Sequence record: NC_052657.1
Length of the DNA: 64,000 nt
Direction: 5' to 3' (one strand)
DNA from: Escherichia phage muut
Below are positions 45,648 to 56,480 of the stretch, one piece after another. Position 1 is the stretch's first letter, and each line of letters begins with the position of its first letter. The notes under the pieces were generated by a model. That model was not told the origin of the DNA. It did not search any database and worked only from the letters and a program-made list of their open reading frames with translations. Position numbers and translations under genes: made by a program.

Positions 45648-47135
45648 TTAGACTCCGTACTCGTAGGAAATATTATCAAGGTCAAAGGATGGTACAACAT
45701 TGTACGCTGGAGTGATATCTCCCTCATTATATTTACTGTCATCCTCAGTATTAAGTTTAACATAAACACGGAGAGAAGTCAAGCGTCCGAACGCAAGTGC
45801 AGAATAAATTACACCTTTTATCTGATCGTTAGTTACTGTTGACCCTAACTCAAAATAAGCCTGTAGATTTGAAAGAGCAGAAACAATATTTTCTCTTTCT
45901 GTTGTACTTAACACACTACCATTGCCAGTTTGATATACTAGTTTAAGTGAATATTCAGCATTGTCACCAGGAGAAAAACGAATTACTTCTTGACCACCAT
46001 CTTCTGTTACGATAGTAATTGCTGTTGTACCATAGGTTAGGGTGTTAATAGGCTTAGTATTATAAATAACCTGTGCAACTTCTTCTGCTGTACCACCATA
46101 CACAATAGTCTGGAATGTCATAGCTGGAGCATGTTCCTGATCATGTAATGTAGGGTTATCATAAATCTTAACCTTTGTCACACCATCTGTCAGTAGCAGA
46201 GCTTTAACAATAGCAGCACGAGTAGCAGCATTAGCTTCATCCATATTATCATTGAAACGAGAACGGAATTCTGCATCTGTTTCAACATCTGTACCTGGAG
46301 AGAATGGATAGAAGTTACCTGTATCTAAAAAGCCTGTAAACGTTGAAGAAATACCTGTGATACTTTCTGTACCTACTGGATTATAACCAACGTCTGAACA
46401 CGTAACTGGAATTTCACTCCATTTTGTACCTATTGCAATAGATGCATAAAATTTCACTGGTGTTACTAGACCTATTGGGTTAACATTATCTTCTGGATTA
46501 TAACCCATGTAAACATTACTAGCATCATTCCATACTAAAGCACGATCTGTTGTTGATACGTTAGCTTTAATGAAATTCGTGAGATCTAAAATAAAGTTTG
46601 TATTGCTAGGACTTAGTGTTTTACTGTTAAGACCACCATCAATAGCACTTTGAATGTAGAAAGTAATAGAAGTTTCACCAGAAGCTGTTGCGTTTGCTTT
46701 AGAAATGGTATATGCTCCAATCTTAGCATTCAACATTGTTGGTGCACTGACATAATATGTCAAATCGTTATCGGCGTTAAAATAAACATCTGTACTTAGC
46801 TCATAAGTCCAAGCTGCCTTATTGTTAGATTTAACATAAGCATAACCACTACCAGCAGAAGCAGCTTTACGATAAAAACCCCTTTTAGAGAAAATTTCAT
46901 CAAGGTAAATACCTTCTGCACCATCTAAGGTTTGGGTATTGTAAACACCTTGCATACCTTCCCAAAGGGTGTAATCTGTATATGCAATAATACGAAACAG
47001 TTGACCAAAGACAGTATCTTCAGATGTAGCTGTATCTGCACCGAAAGTGTTTTTCAATGCTGTCATATAATTATTTAGAATATCATCAAACGTTGGAATG
47101 ACAAAACCAGCATCTGTTAAACCATAATCTGCCAT
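45648..47135 (-). CDS. baseplate wedge structural protein (hypothetical)
   Basis: 495 aa ORF in tail module. Confidence 0.4.
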   Translation of the reverse strand: MADYGLTDAGFVIPTFDDILNNYMTALKNTFGADTATSEDTVFGQLFRIIAYTDYTLWEGMQGVYNTQTLDGAEGIYLDEIFSKRGFYRKAASAGSGYAYVKSNNKAAWTYELSTDVYFNADNDLTYYVSAPTMLNAKIGAYTISKANATASGETSITFYIQSAIDGGLNSKTLSPSNTNFILDLTNFIKANVSTTDRALVWNDASNVYMGYNPEDNVNPIGLVTPVKFYASIAIGTKWSEIPVTCSDVGYNPVGTESITGISSTFTGFLDTGNFYPFSPGTDVETDAEFRSRFNDNMDEANAATRAAIVKALLLTDGVTKVKIYDNPTLHDQEHAPAMTFQTIVYGGTAEEVAQVIYNTKPINTLTYGTTAITIVTEDGGQEVIRFSPGDNAEYSLKLVYQTGNGSVLSTTERENIVSALSNLQAYFELGSTVTNDQIKGVIYSALAFGRLTSLRVYVKLNTEDDSKYNEGDITPAYNVVPSFDLDNISYEYGV

Positions 47136-47380
47136 TAGTTATCCTCCTTATCAGGGGCAGGTGATCTGCCCCAACGTAAATCTATTAAATTCTTCATTAG
47201 TCTGGATGGTGTGATCATAAAAACAAAAGCCCAGCCCATCCATTCAGGAATTTCTTTATCAATTCCCAAATAAATAAACATACTGGACATAACAATCATA
47301 CCAATAGCATTCCAAACTTTAGTAGAACTGACTTTATTATCAGGATATGTACAAAACATACCTATTAAAAATTTTCTCAT
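47135..47380 (-). CDS. small two-TM membrane protein (holin-like)
   Basis: 81 aa, two hydrophobic helices, charged C-terminus. Confidence 0.3.
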   Translation of the reverse strand: MRKFLIGMFCTYPDNKVSSTKVWNAIGMIVMSSMFIYLGIDKEIPEWMGWAFVFMITPSRLMKNLIDLRWGRSPAPDKEDN

Positions 47381-47391
47381 ACTAGAGATCC

Positions 47392-49467
47392 TTAAGAAGA
47401 AACATATACTGTATCTTGTAAAAAGACATTCAGAGGTACGTTACCCATATAAAAAACTTGGGATTTTGAATTAAGAACAGTTAATGAATCTGCCATAATT
47501 TGTGGATAAGCCCATATGTATTGATACAAACCAACAAACTTCTGGTCATTCAATACAATATTACCTATAATCATTTTCCACAAATATGTTCTGTAGTCTG
47601 ATTCAGGATCAAAGCCATATAATGGTGCTAGAGTTGCATCTGGAACAAACCCTGCAAGATAATGTATCTTATCATAACTAAAACCTAGTTGCTCATTAGG
47701 TATTTTAATAGCGTCGAAAGATCTTTCCATCTGACCTTCCAACAACCAGTCATAACATTCTGAACAATAAAAGTCAAAGTTTTCTGGGATATAATAATCT
47801 TTAGGGAAGTTAACAAACTCCATCATACCGTTACCTAAAATGGATGGCACAAATGGTAATAATGTAACTTTAGCCCCAGGATATGCTAATCTAGTATCTG
47901 TTGCAAATTTAGCAACACGCAGTCCTAATGTTTTAGATAGGAATGCATAATATTCATCATATGGTGTACCAGTTTTATAATTCTTAACTGTACCAACATC
48001 TTGTGCATATAATCCAGTTTCATTATTAAATGCAACTTTGGTTGTATAATCATAAATACACGGTAGATTGGTAGCTGTGTTATACCACCACCACGGTTCA
48101 CCAACCTGAATAATAACAGGAAGATCATTGGCAGCGGATATAGAAGCTATCTTATTTATTACACCTTGTAAATAATTCATCCCTTCATCAATTGAAGGAG
48201 ATAAAACATAACTTGGTGGCTCATAACCTGTAGCAGCCAGATCATCATTCCAAGTATGTTGAACCCATTCTACAGGACACACTGTACTCATAAGTTCAAA
48301 ACTTAAGGAGTTCATTACTGTGTAGCCCATAGCTTTTGCATTAGCGTGGAAATTATCAAACCATGCTTCTGTTGCTGGGTTTAAATATTCTGTTCTATTC
48401 AAAACCCATTTATTAGAACCAGCATCCCAACTAAACTGATAATAGTGTGACATACCATTATAATGGTTAATCATATCCCTATAACCTAATCTGTAGGTGT
48501 TAGAAATAACTCGCTCTGGGGTCAGGTTATACATATCATCATAAGATGTACACATTCTTATGGTGTGTGCTGGAACATTTAAATTACCCATATTCATCAT
48601 ACTGTAACCAGTATCAGGCTCCAGTATGGTAAACTTAAAGGAAAGATCCACATTGTCTACAGGAATAATATCTTCAATTTCTTGATACCTTGTGGAGATC
48701 AAGGAGAAGAACATATTATCTATCTGTGTAGTGTCAACAACAATATCATTTTCTGACCCAGATTTTAAATTTGAGAAATCTAATTTTATTGTTGCTGTTT
48801 TACCATCCTCTGAAACTTCTTCTGCATAAAAGTTTAGAGATACATAATGAACTGTTTCATCCTTCAGTGTCACTGTTAAGGATGGCAATAATTTTTCTTC
48901 TTTTAATCCAGGAACACCTTGACTAAGTTCCATTTTAAACCAAAGTTTCTCTTTACTTAAGTCAGAATGTTCTTGGTAGCCTAATCCTTTGTGATCATAT
49001 TTATCGTAAGTTGACCAAATAATCCCAGCAAGACCAGCCACTGTCCTATTAACCATTCTTGCTGTGAAAGAATCACCATTAGAGATAATAGAACAACTTT
49101 CTGTTGCTTGAGAATCTATTGTCCAAAACTTAGGATCAAACATTCTAGACTTCACAACAGGCCAAGTTAGCGGGGTTGTATTCGATTGATCAGTCGTAAT
49201 AACACAACGAATTTCTTCATTGATCATCATGTTATTTTGACTTATGCTAGTAATCTCAAGAGTAAAATAAAGATCTAAAGAGTTTGCCGGACGTTCATAT
49301 ACATCAACCACTACAGTAGCAGAATCTGCATCAGAAGGGAACGTTACTGTTCCCTGTTTAGCTACATAATCTCTACCAGCGACCGCCGTTCCATCGACGG
49401 TCTTATAGCTGAATGAACTGGCATTTACTCTCGTATTTCGAGTTACAGTAAAAATAGCCTGTTTCAT
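47392..49467 (-). CDS. large tail/baseplate structural protein
   Basis: 691 aa ORF. Confidence 0.45.
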   Translation of the reverse strand: MKQAIFTVTRNTRVNASSFSYKTVDGTAVAGRDYVAKQGTVTFPSDADSATVVVDVYERPANSLDLYFTLEITSISQNNMMINEEIRCVITTDQSNTTPLTWPVVKSRMFDPKFWTIDSQATESCSIISNGDSFTARMVNRTVAGLAGIIWSTYDKYDHKGLGYQEHSDLSKEKLWFKMELSQGVPGLKEEKLLPSLTVTLKDETVHYVSLNFYAEEVSEDGKTATIKLDFSNLKSGSENDIVVDTTQIDNMFFSLISTRYQEIEDIIPVDNVDLSFKFTILEPDTGYSMMNMGNLNVPAHTIRMCTSYDDMYNLTPERVISNTYRLGYRDMINHYNGMSHYYQFSWDAGSNKWVLNRTEYLNPATEAWFDNFHANAKAMGYTVMNSLSFELMSTVCPVEWVQHTWNDDLAATGYEPPSYVLSPSIDEGMNYLQGVINKIASISAANDLPVIIQVGEPWWWYNTATNLPCIYDYTTKVAFNNETGLYAQDVGTVKNYKTGTPYDEYYAFLSKTLGLRVAKFATDTRLAYPGAKVTLLPFVPSILGNGMMEFVNFPKDYYIPENFDFYCSECYDWLLEGQMERSFDAIKIPNEQLGFSYDKIHYLAGFVPDATLAPLYGFDPESDYRTYLWKMIIGNIVLNDQKFVGLYQYIWAYPQIMADSLTVLNSKSQVFYMGNVPLNVFLQDTVYVSS

Positions 49468-49475
49468 TATTTTCC

Positions 49476-52352
49476 TTATTTGGTTACATCAACACTAATA
49501 TCATTCATAGTTAGAACAGTTAGTGTTGGTATGTTACTATTATCCAAAATTGGTAAAGCGTTTTGAGGGTTTAGTTTACGATACAAGGCATATAAACCAA
49601 AACCACGTAATAGTTCTCCAGCATGGAAACCAAAGAACATTCCGTTATCTGAATCTGGGCGTGGTGCAACACTCCAGCAACCATTCATCGGATGGTTAGG
49701 GGAAAGCACAATATAGTTTTGCTGAATCAGATCAAAACATCTGTCTGCTACAATACCAATGTTTGGAATTTGTGAATCATAACCTGCCAAGCCCATGATT
49801 GAACAACCAGCCATAAACAGTGCAGACATATGACTAGTAAAGTCATCAATAGGTGCAAGAACTGTACCATCTGGGTTAAAGATAGTTGGTGTTCTTCCAT
49901 CATTATTGTCTTGGAACCATTTAAGGTAGTTGATCCAATTTTTACAAACAGTTACTAGTTTTTCAGGAGGTGTTTCTCCTCTTTGTACAAGTTCGTATAC
50001 AGTATGACAAGCACAGTAGAATGCACGAGCTTCATAACCATCCCACGCTTTTTCATTCCAGTGTTTCATTGTAAACGTATTAGGTTCACCGTATTTTCTT
50101 GCATCCCAACGATCCCACACATATGCTTGTGCCATAGGCCCAGGCATCACAGGATCAAACGTGTTATAAAACCACATTTGAGCATCATACAAGAAATCAA
50201 TACTGTTGTTTAAACGTGTCCAATCAATATTCCTACCTGCGAAACAGTATAAGGAAGGATACTGGTATCCTGGGTATGGAATACCACGCCATCCATCGTA
50301 TAATGCAGTGTTTGGGTCACTGATATTAGAGAATGGAATTATTCCTGGTGTGTAATTAAGACTATTTAACTTATAGTCAATAATAGTACAATCACCTAAC
50401 TTAGCAGTATGAGGACTTGAAGCCTGTACAGTAATACGGAAGTACATGGTATAATCATCACCAGAAGATGACGAATATCTTTCAGGTACATCGTTAATAC
50501 AATAGAAATCTATTGTTCCTGTTAAACCATTGACAGGAGCCGTATCAAGAACTAAATTTACCTGATCTACAGCAGTAAGATTTATTGCTGAAGGTTTAGG
50601 ATCTGTTTCTGGATGATTAGGCTGGTAAGCACTTAACTTAAAAGCAGAGGCTGATAAAGTCTTCGTACTCCATGCCCCTTGCGTTTTAGGCAGCATAGCC
50701 CACCATCTCCAACCTTGATCATCCGTGATAGTCATGTTAAAGTCATCTTCATATGTTCTATATGTAATAGACTTAACATTAGCTTTTGATGTAGGAGTTA
50801 ACCAAAAACCAACAGTAACACCACCATCCGTATCCATTGATGCAGTAACAATCTGGTCATTATTAGTTCCAGCAATACCTGTTACATACTTATATTGTAC
50901 CACAGTATTGTCACCCCAGTCAACAATAATTCGCGGATCTGCGATAATATATGTTCCACCACTAGGAGGGGTACTTCTCATAAAGCTGGATAGTGGAATA
51001 TCCATGCTTGTCATATTAGCTGTACCTAGTGGTAAGCCACAGCGGTAAGTTACTATGTTATTTTCATCTTTGGTCTTACTTAATTCCAACTCTGGACGGA
51101 AAAGAATACCATGTCCTGCGTCATCTACACCTTGAAACTGGACTCGTAACTTAGAGTTCTGATCAACTTTAAACCAAATGGCTTGCTGTTCTAATGTTGT
51201 TTGAGCAGCAACATCTTGTCTAATAACAATATAGCCTAAAGTATCTCTTGAATATTTAGGTATTGCTGTAGATGGATACGAATAATCGTAAGAGATGCCA
51301 TCTGTAAACGGGATAGTTGCATATGTAGACTTACGGAAGAATTTATCAAACATATCAATGTTTGAGTAATCTTGACACACTAACAGTGAAGACTGCCAGC
51401 ATAGCCAATATTTTCTTTCTCCTGTAATTTGGTACATCAGGTAATTAGCATCACACCACCAAGTTTCAGCATCTGACGCATTATCCTGAAAGCCCATTTC
51501 TACCGGAACGTTAACTGGTCTGTTATGCCACATAGTGTTACGCTCCATTAAATAACCACCGTGTTCAACAGGGTTACAAGTCGCGTAGTTAAATTTATAT
51601 GTACCGTTTACAGAAGTATTTTTTAGTTGAACTGTTCCGTATTGAGATGTTGGAAAACCTTCTTCTAAGATATTCCCATCCCAGTCAACTTTACGTCCTA
51701 GACGATCAATGATCCAATCAACATCCCATTGATCTCCCTTCTTAGACCAATCTGTTGTACCATCTGCATTAACAGCATACACTGTAGCGTTTACAGAGTT
51801 CCATCCTAGATTACCATTAAAAGCAAACCATGCTTTGTCAAGGTATTCTCCCCAATGAGGAGCACCATGAGGAATAACTGTTCTGCCGTTAGTCCACGTC
51901 ATTAAGCTACCCTTAAAACCTCCGTGTGTAGGGTAGCCATCATCTGTAAGAGGATAGTGCGCAAGACGTGGTTCTTTACCGTTAATAATCCAGTTAGGGC
52001 GATATTTTGCTGGCGGATCTGGGATAGGTTGACCACCAAAGAAGTAATCTATATAGGCTTGCCAATATTTTTTAGCAGAGTCTAAATACTTTGTATCGCC
52101 GGAAGCCAGGTATGCATAAGCGCAACCAAGAATAAGCACGGATTGACCTTCTGTTGTAGCATCCCCGTTTGGTTGCCCTTCTTGAGCAGTCCAGTTTATA
52201 AAGTGTCTGTTATTAGCTAGAACGTTTTGTGGGTTTAATACATAGTGTTGCACTGTAGGATCTACAGTTAAACCTGTATTACGATCTAAGAACTGAATAT
52301 GTCCATCGATCAGTTGAAAAACATTGTCAATTCTGTGCTTAATTCTTGACAT
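49476..52352 (-). CDS. large tail/baseplate structural protein
   Basis: 958 aa ORF. Confidence 0.45.
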   Translation of the reverse strand: MSRIKHRIDNVFQLIDGHIQFLDRNTGLTVDPTVQHYVLNPQNVLANNRHFINWTAQEGQPNGDATTEGQSVLILGCAYAYLASGDTKYLDSAKKYWQAYIDYFFGGQPIPDPPAKYRPNWIINGKEPRLAHYPLTDDGYPTHGGFKGSLMTWTNGRTVIPHGAPHWGEYLDKAWFAFNGNLGWNSVNATVYAVNADGTTDWSKKGDQWDVDWIIDRLGRKVDWDGNILEEGFPTSQYGTVQLKNTSVNGTYKFNYATCNPVEHGGYLMERNTMWHNRPVNVPVEMGFQDNASDAETWWCDANYLMYQITGERKYWLCWQSSLLVCQDYSNIDMFDKFFRKSTYATIPFTDGISYDYSYPSTAIPKYSRDTLGYIVIRQDVAAQTTLEQQAIWFKVDQNSKLRVQFQGVDDAGHGILFRPELELSKTKDENNIVTYRCGLPLGTANMTSMDIPLSSFMRSTPPSGGTYIIADPRIIVDWGDNTVVQYKYVTGIAGTNNDQIVTASMDTDGGVTVGFWLTPTSKANVKSITYRTYEDDFNMTITDDQGWRWWAMLPKTQGAWSTKTLSASAFKLSAYQPNHPETDPKPSAINLTAVDQVNLVLDTAPVNGLTGTIDFYCINDVPERYSSSSGDDYTMYFRITVQASSPHTAKLGDCTIIDYKLNSLNYTPGIIPFSNISDPNTALYDGWRGIPYPGYQYPSLYCFAGRNIDWTRLNNSIDFLYDAQMWFYNTFDPVMPGPMAQAYVWDRWDARKYGEPNTFTMKHWNEKAWDGYEARAFYCACHTVYELVQRGETPPEKLVTVCKNWINYLKWFQDNNDGRTPTIFNPDGTVLAPIDDFTSHMSALFMAGCSIMGLAGYDSQIPNIGIVADRCFDLIQQNYIVLSPNHPMNGCWSVAPRPDSDNGMFFGFHAGELLRGFGLYALYRKLNPQNALPILDNSNIPTLTVLTMNDISVDVTK

Positions 52353-52825
52353 TAAATCACTCCTGCCATCACTAAACTACCTATCCAGGTAGCTCCATTA
52401 TCATAACTAACAAATTCAAAAATATCTGTAGCTCCCTGTTTATAACTCAAAACAGGAGCGCGACCAAAACTCCATTTAACAGATTGAGGCCACGTTACTT
52501 TATTTGCTCCACTGCCTTGACGTAGGGATAGAGTAAAGTTTTGAACAATGTTAGTTGTAACTGGAACATTACTAAATGAAATACTGCAAGTTGGACTAGA
52601 TAAAGTGGCAGAGAAATACTCTGCCGTGCTAATATCTAAAGCTAGGGTATTTGTAACAGTACCCCTTGCAGAAAGACGATTTCGTGTAACACCAGCACCC
52701 GCAAGAAGAACACGTAATGATGTTTTCTTAGTGATGCCTGATTGATCTGTTACAAAATAATCTGTGTCTGAAACAGATGTTGTTACAGGTAGATCAGACA
52801 CCTTGATTGTAGTTAAATCAGCCAT
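52352..52825 (-). CDS. tail/baseplate protein (hypothetical)
   Basis: 157 aa ORF, start overlaps upstream stop. Confidence 0.4.
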   Translation of the reverse strand: MADLTTIKVSDLPVTTSVSDTDYFVTDQSGITKKTSLRVLLAGAGVTRNRLSARGTVTNTLALDISTAEYFSATLSSPTCSISFSNVPVTTNIVQNFTLSLRQGSGANKVTWPQSVKWSFGRAPVLSYKQGATDIFEFVSYDNGATWIGSLVMAGVI

Positions 52826-53453
52826 TATTATTTGTAGCTCCCATTGTTGCTGTTATAGCATAGTTGTAATTGGTTGCAAGACCTTTATTGGCTTCGTTAA
52901 CAAGGTATTTTTCAATCAATGCCTCGTTAGACCACTCATTCCACCAAGTAGAATAAGTATCTTTAGGAAGACCAACAATGTTAATAAAGCGATAGAGTCT
53001 ATTTGCAGATTCAACAATTTCAAATGCTTCACAAGTGATTGCTGCATTATCATCACCAGCTTCTGGATAAATATATTCTTCAGACGGCTGTGTACTGAAT
53101 AGCGCACTAACAACTTGTTCACCAACTGTAACAGTAACGTTCATTGAGTAATACCTATCATCTCTATCATAAGAGGAAGTGTAGGAATTAATATTATCTA
53201 TATAAACATTACTTGCGATAGTTGATAAGAAAATGCGATCAACAATCTCTTTCTTCTTGGCAACACCAATAATCTCTTGCAGATATGGAACCCCAAAATT
53301 AGAATTGAGGAACCATTCTCCACGGAAAGTTCTAAGTGTTATTCCAAGCGTCTGTGCTGCAATTTCACTTTTAGTTGTGGTTAGTGTTAAATCACCATCC
53401 ACCATTACTAAATCGTTAGAACCATCAAGTTTTAAATCAAATGGTATTCCCAT
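52818..53453 (-). CDS. baseplate wedge protein (gp25/GpW-like)
   Basis: N-terminal DLVMVDGDLTLTTTKSEIAAQTLGITLRTFRGEWFLNSNFGVPY resembles the gp25/W fold. Confidence 0.45.
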   Translation of the reverse strand: MGIPFDLKLDGSNDLVMVDGDLTLTTTKSEIAAQTLGITLRTFRGEWFLNSNFGVPYLQEIIGVAKKKEIVDRIFLSTIASNVYIDNINSYTSSYDRDDRYYSMNVTVTVGEQVVSALFSTQPSEEYIYPEAGDDNAAITCEAFEIVESANRLYRFINIVGLPKDTYSTWWNEWSNEALIEKYLVNEANKGLATNYNYAITATMGATNNNG

Positions 53454-53456
53454 CTG

Positions 53457-54194
53457 TTAACCTCCATTTGGTTTGTCGGAAGTAACAGTGCTACCACCAG
53501 TTTCAACACCGCGCACAGGGTGTGTATGTGTGTGTAAACCAATGCCACCACTATCTTTCATACGACCGTCAGGTGTGATTGTTAAACCGTTTAAATTTAC
53601 AGTACCACCTTTATATGTCATAGTCCCACCTTGCAGTGTAAGTTTTCCTCCTCCTGCATCAGTAAGAACGATACTGTTTGGTGTCATATCTATTTTCATA
53701 CCTTGTGTGTTGTACACAGATATATTACCGTTAGGATCAAACGAAGCGTAAGTTTGCTTATTATTTGAGATAACAACTTTTTCAGAATCTACTTCTTCTG
53801 AAGAATCTGTAGCTGTTGCTATCTTAGGAATAAAACAGGCTGGATACAAACCACAAGGTTGAATTAATGTTCCGCTGCTGGCTGTATCTCCGTCTGTCTG
53901 GAAAGCATTCGACGGATCTCTTTCTGAAAAGACAACAACACCAATATCTCCTGCTTTAATTGGAAATGAAATTCTACCTGTACCACCACCATTTACCATA
54001 AAAGGAACATCGTGGAATGTTGGGTAATCTATTTCATCTTCAGTAGATCTGGTATTTTTTACGATAGATTCTAAAGTTACTGTCTTAGATCCATAATCTA
54101 CACCAATTACCCTTACAGGTAAAGATGTATGTACTTCCGCAACTTGCTCGTTGATTAGTCCACGGATTGCTGTTACAAAATTTAAAGCATCCAT
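53457..54194 (-). CDS. baseplate spike protein (gpV/gp5-like)
   Basis: OB-fold-like N-terminus (VRVIGVDYGSKTVTLE...IKAGDIGVVVFSERD); Gly-rich C-terminus with HTHTH. Confidence 0.45.
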   Translation of the reverse strand: MDALNFVTAIRGLINEQVAEVHTSLPVRVIGVDYGSKTVTLESIVKNTRSTEDEIDYPTFHDVPFMVNGGGTGRISFPIKAGDIGVVVFSERDPSNAFQTDGDTASSGTLIQPCGLYPACFIPKIATATDSSEEVDSEKVVISNNKQTYASFDPNGNISVYNTQGMKIDMTPNSIVLTDAGGGKLTLQGGTMTYKGGTVNLNGLTITPDGRMKDSGGIGLHTHTHPVRGVETGGSTVTSDKPNGG

Positions 54195-54196
54195 TT

Positions 54197-55207
54197 CTAG
54201 CCCTTCTTAATAATTGCAGATACAGATACAGACTCTACTTCAGTTGTCCAGTCTTTACCTTCCCTATCACCTGTATGAACAACAGACACCACCTTAAAAC
54301 CACCATCGTAGTTATGGCTCTTGAGCCAAACAGTTTTTTCTGGTAAGATAGCACCGTTCATTTCACATCTGAACTTAACACCATCTGTAGGCTTTTTAGC
54401 TTTCTTAGAAGATTTAGTTACTTTTTGTGTCGGTTTAATATCGTTGTGGAAAGGTTCTGGACTACCAATTAAACCTGTTTCTGCACTAATATATGCGCAT
54501 CTTGCACTAGACATTTGTGATCTTGGTGTCACGTAAACAGATCCATCTTGTATCGACACATTGTGATCAATACCTTTACAGATACTTTCTAAGTAATGTG
54601 ATGTGTTACCACACATAGCTGTTGCAGATGATAAAGTTTTCTCTGTGTCTACGTGAATATTACCTTCTGTAGTACCTAAATCTTTAACTAAGTCTTTAAC
54701 AACCTTACTTACTTTTGTACCTTTCGGATAACTTCGGCTTGTCCTTGCTTCGGAGATGTTAATACCACCATCCAGACAATGTAACACTGTACGTCTGTCT
54801 GTATTGTTAAAAGTATCACTCACCCATTGCACCGTTCCCTTAAAGATCATAATTAACTCTTGACCTTCATAACCTACTGCCAAAGCAACAGCCAAGTTGT
54901 TACGAATACCTTTGTTAATATAATTAACAGTATCATCACTTAGGTTATAAATAGTTATCTCGGCTTGATTAGGATCTTTATTATTATCTTTTCTTATTGT
55001 GAAAGATATTTGGTGCTCCGTAATAACATACAAATTAGGGGTTGATTTTTTAGCATCCCCTAGTTTAGTATCTAAGTCTACTGTAGATTTGAAAGAGGAA
55101 TTTTTTGTCCTTTTTTCTTTAGTATTAGTAGCTGTACCTATTAATAGTTTGTATGCTCTGTTTAGATTGGGTGCAGGAGCTTTTGTGTAATTTCTTTCTT
55201 CTGCCAT
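54197..55207 (-). CDS. baseplate hub / tail protein (hypothetical)
   Basis: 336 aa, position between spike and tape measure. Confidence 0.35.
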   Translation of the reverse strand: MAEERNYTKAPAPNLNRAYKLLIGTATNTKEKRTKNSSFKSTVDLDTKLGDAKKSTPNLYVITEHQISFTIRKDNNKDPNQAEITIYNLSDDTVNYINKGIRNNLAVALAVGYEGQELIMIFKGTVQWVSDTFNNTDRRTVLHCLDGGINISEARTSRSYPKGTKVSKVVKDLVKDLGTTEGNIHVDTEKTLSSATAMCGNTSHYLESICKGIDHNVSIQDGSVYVTPRSQMSSARCAYISAETGLIGSPEPFHNDIKPTQKVTKSSKKAKKPTDGVKFRCEMNGAILPEKTVWLKSHNYDGGFKVVSVVHTGDREGKDWTTEVESVSVSAIIKKG

Positions 55208-55223
55208 TTAAAAACTCCTTTTA

Positions 55224-55643
55224 TCATGCTTGATATGGAAGAGCGTCGATATAAACCAAAGCAAATCTTTTATCTACACCTGTGTCATAGTAATTAGGTC
55301 TACCGTTTATTTTAACAGTATCTACCAAATAGAGTTGACCATCCGGCACAGATTCTATATACTTATATGGTTCTAGAAGATCTAAACCATTGGTTACTTT
55401 AAAAGTTACACTAGGATTGTCTCCTGATAATCCTAATTGCATTTGCCACGCTTGATCTCTTGTGTTCCATCTCAAACGTATATCATAATCTACTCCATCG
55501 AGAGTTACTGTATATGTTTGGTCTGGGTACTGTTCTGTAGGTAAGTACCAAGAATAATAACCTAAATTTCGATCAATAAATACTGCATTGTAGCCACTAT
55601 TAGATGTGCTTCTACTGATCTTTGAATAAGATGAAATAGCCAA
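55224..55643 (-). CDS. tail protein (hypothetical)
   Basis: 139 aa ORF. Confidence 0.4.
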   Translation of the reverse strand: MAISSYSKISRSTSNSGYNAVFIDRNLGYYSWYLPTEQYPDQTYTVTLDGVDYDIRLRWNTRDQAWQMQLGLSGDNPSVTFKVTNGLDLLEPYKYIESVPDGQLYLVDTVKINGRPNYYDTGVDKRFALVYIDALPYQA

Positions 55644-55654
55644 AAATTTTCTCC

Positions 55655-56365
55655 TTATTTTTTACCATCTGCACTGTGATCACTAAGATGTTCTGTACCA
55701 GTTGCTTTCCCTGTTCTTGCATCCAAATCAGCATCTGGACTAGTACCTTTCTTGTTTTTAACACCTGTATTCTTATTTGGTTTTGTCTTAAGTGCAATAG
55801 CATTTGTTTCCCCGTAAGAAACTAATCTTACTTGTTCAAATTCCAAGTCAAATTGCATTGCATATTCTGTTTGATATTCATATGATATGCCTTTCAAAAT
55901 AACATTCTCATACACCTTATGTTCTGTTATTAAAATAATAGGCTGTCTTTCATCAAATATTTTATCTAAGTAAGTAATTGCTTGACTGATACGAGTACCG
56001 TTAACACCAGCACTATATAGCATATCTCGCATTAATCTTACAGGTGTCTCTGTAATCATTCCTGATAAAGAGAAAGTATTATTCTTAACTTGAACGTGAT
56101 CCGATACATTAGCACCATTTTCTACAGGATAGCTAGTAACATCTGCTTGACGTTTTACACCGATATTTGGAACAGCATCAAAAACTATAGCTTGGTAGTT
56201 TTGAATATATTGATCACTTGCACTATTGTAAACACTTGCTAAAATACAAAAACCATTCTCCCCTTTCACAGTAGAGGCAGAGTTATTTGTGTTTTTTGTA
56301 GAATTTATATCTTGTTCCGCTTTATAAACCGCTTGAACGTGTTGTTCTGGAGTGTTTGCTGCCAT
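55655..56365 (-). CDS. tail protein (hypothetical)
   Basis: 236 aa ORF. Confidence 0.4.
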   Translation of the reverse strand: MAANTPEQHVQAVYKAEQDINSTKNTNNSASTVKGENGFCILASVYNSASDQYIQNYQAIVFDAVPNIGVKRQADVTSYPVENGANVSDHVQVKNNTFSLSGMITETPVRLMRDMLYSAGVNGTRISQAITYLDKIFDERQPIILITEHKVYENVILKGISYEYQTEYAMQFDLEFEQVRLVSYGETNAIALKTKPNKNTGVKNKKGTSPDADLDARTGKATGTEHLSDHSADGKK

Positions 56366-56412
56366 ATAATTTTACCTCTTAATGTGATAAGAAACATTCT
56401 CCCTTATCACTC

Positions 56413-56442
56413 ATTTTATCACGAAAAACAACTCTTTGTCAA
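56413..56442 (-). promoter_or_regulatory. promoter candidate on - strand (TTGACA-18-TAAAAT)
   Basis: On - strand TTGACA (56442-56437), 18 nt, TAAAAT (56418-56413). Confidence 0.35.
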
Positions 56443-56445
56443 GAC

Positions 56446-56474
56446 AAATAAAAAGCCCCGCCGAAGCGAGGCTT
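56446..56474 (-). terminator. rho-independent terminator after tape measure gene
   Basis: On - strand AGCCTCGC-TTCG-GCGGGGCT then TTTTATTTG. Confidence 0.55.
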
Positions 56475-56480
56475 TATGCA

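Noticed and set aside
43107-47380. Assigning a complete lysis cassette (holin/spanin) among the tail genes
   Set aside because: Only small membrane proteins with suggestive topology are present; no adjacent muralytic enzyme or o-spanin lipoprotein, so these are left as low-confidence calls.
53457-54194. HTHTH near the C-terminus of the spike protein read as a helix-turn-helix DNA-binding motif
   Set aside because: It is a literal His-Thr repeat in a Gly-rich spike tip, more consistent with metal binding than DNA binding.
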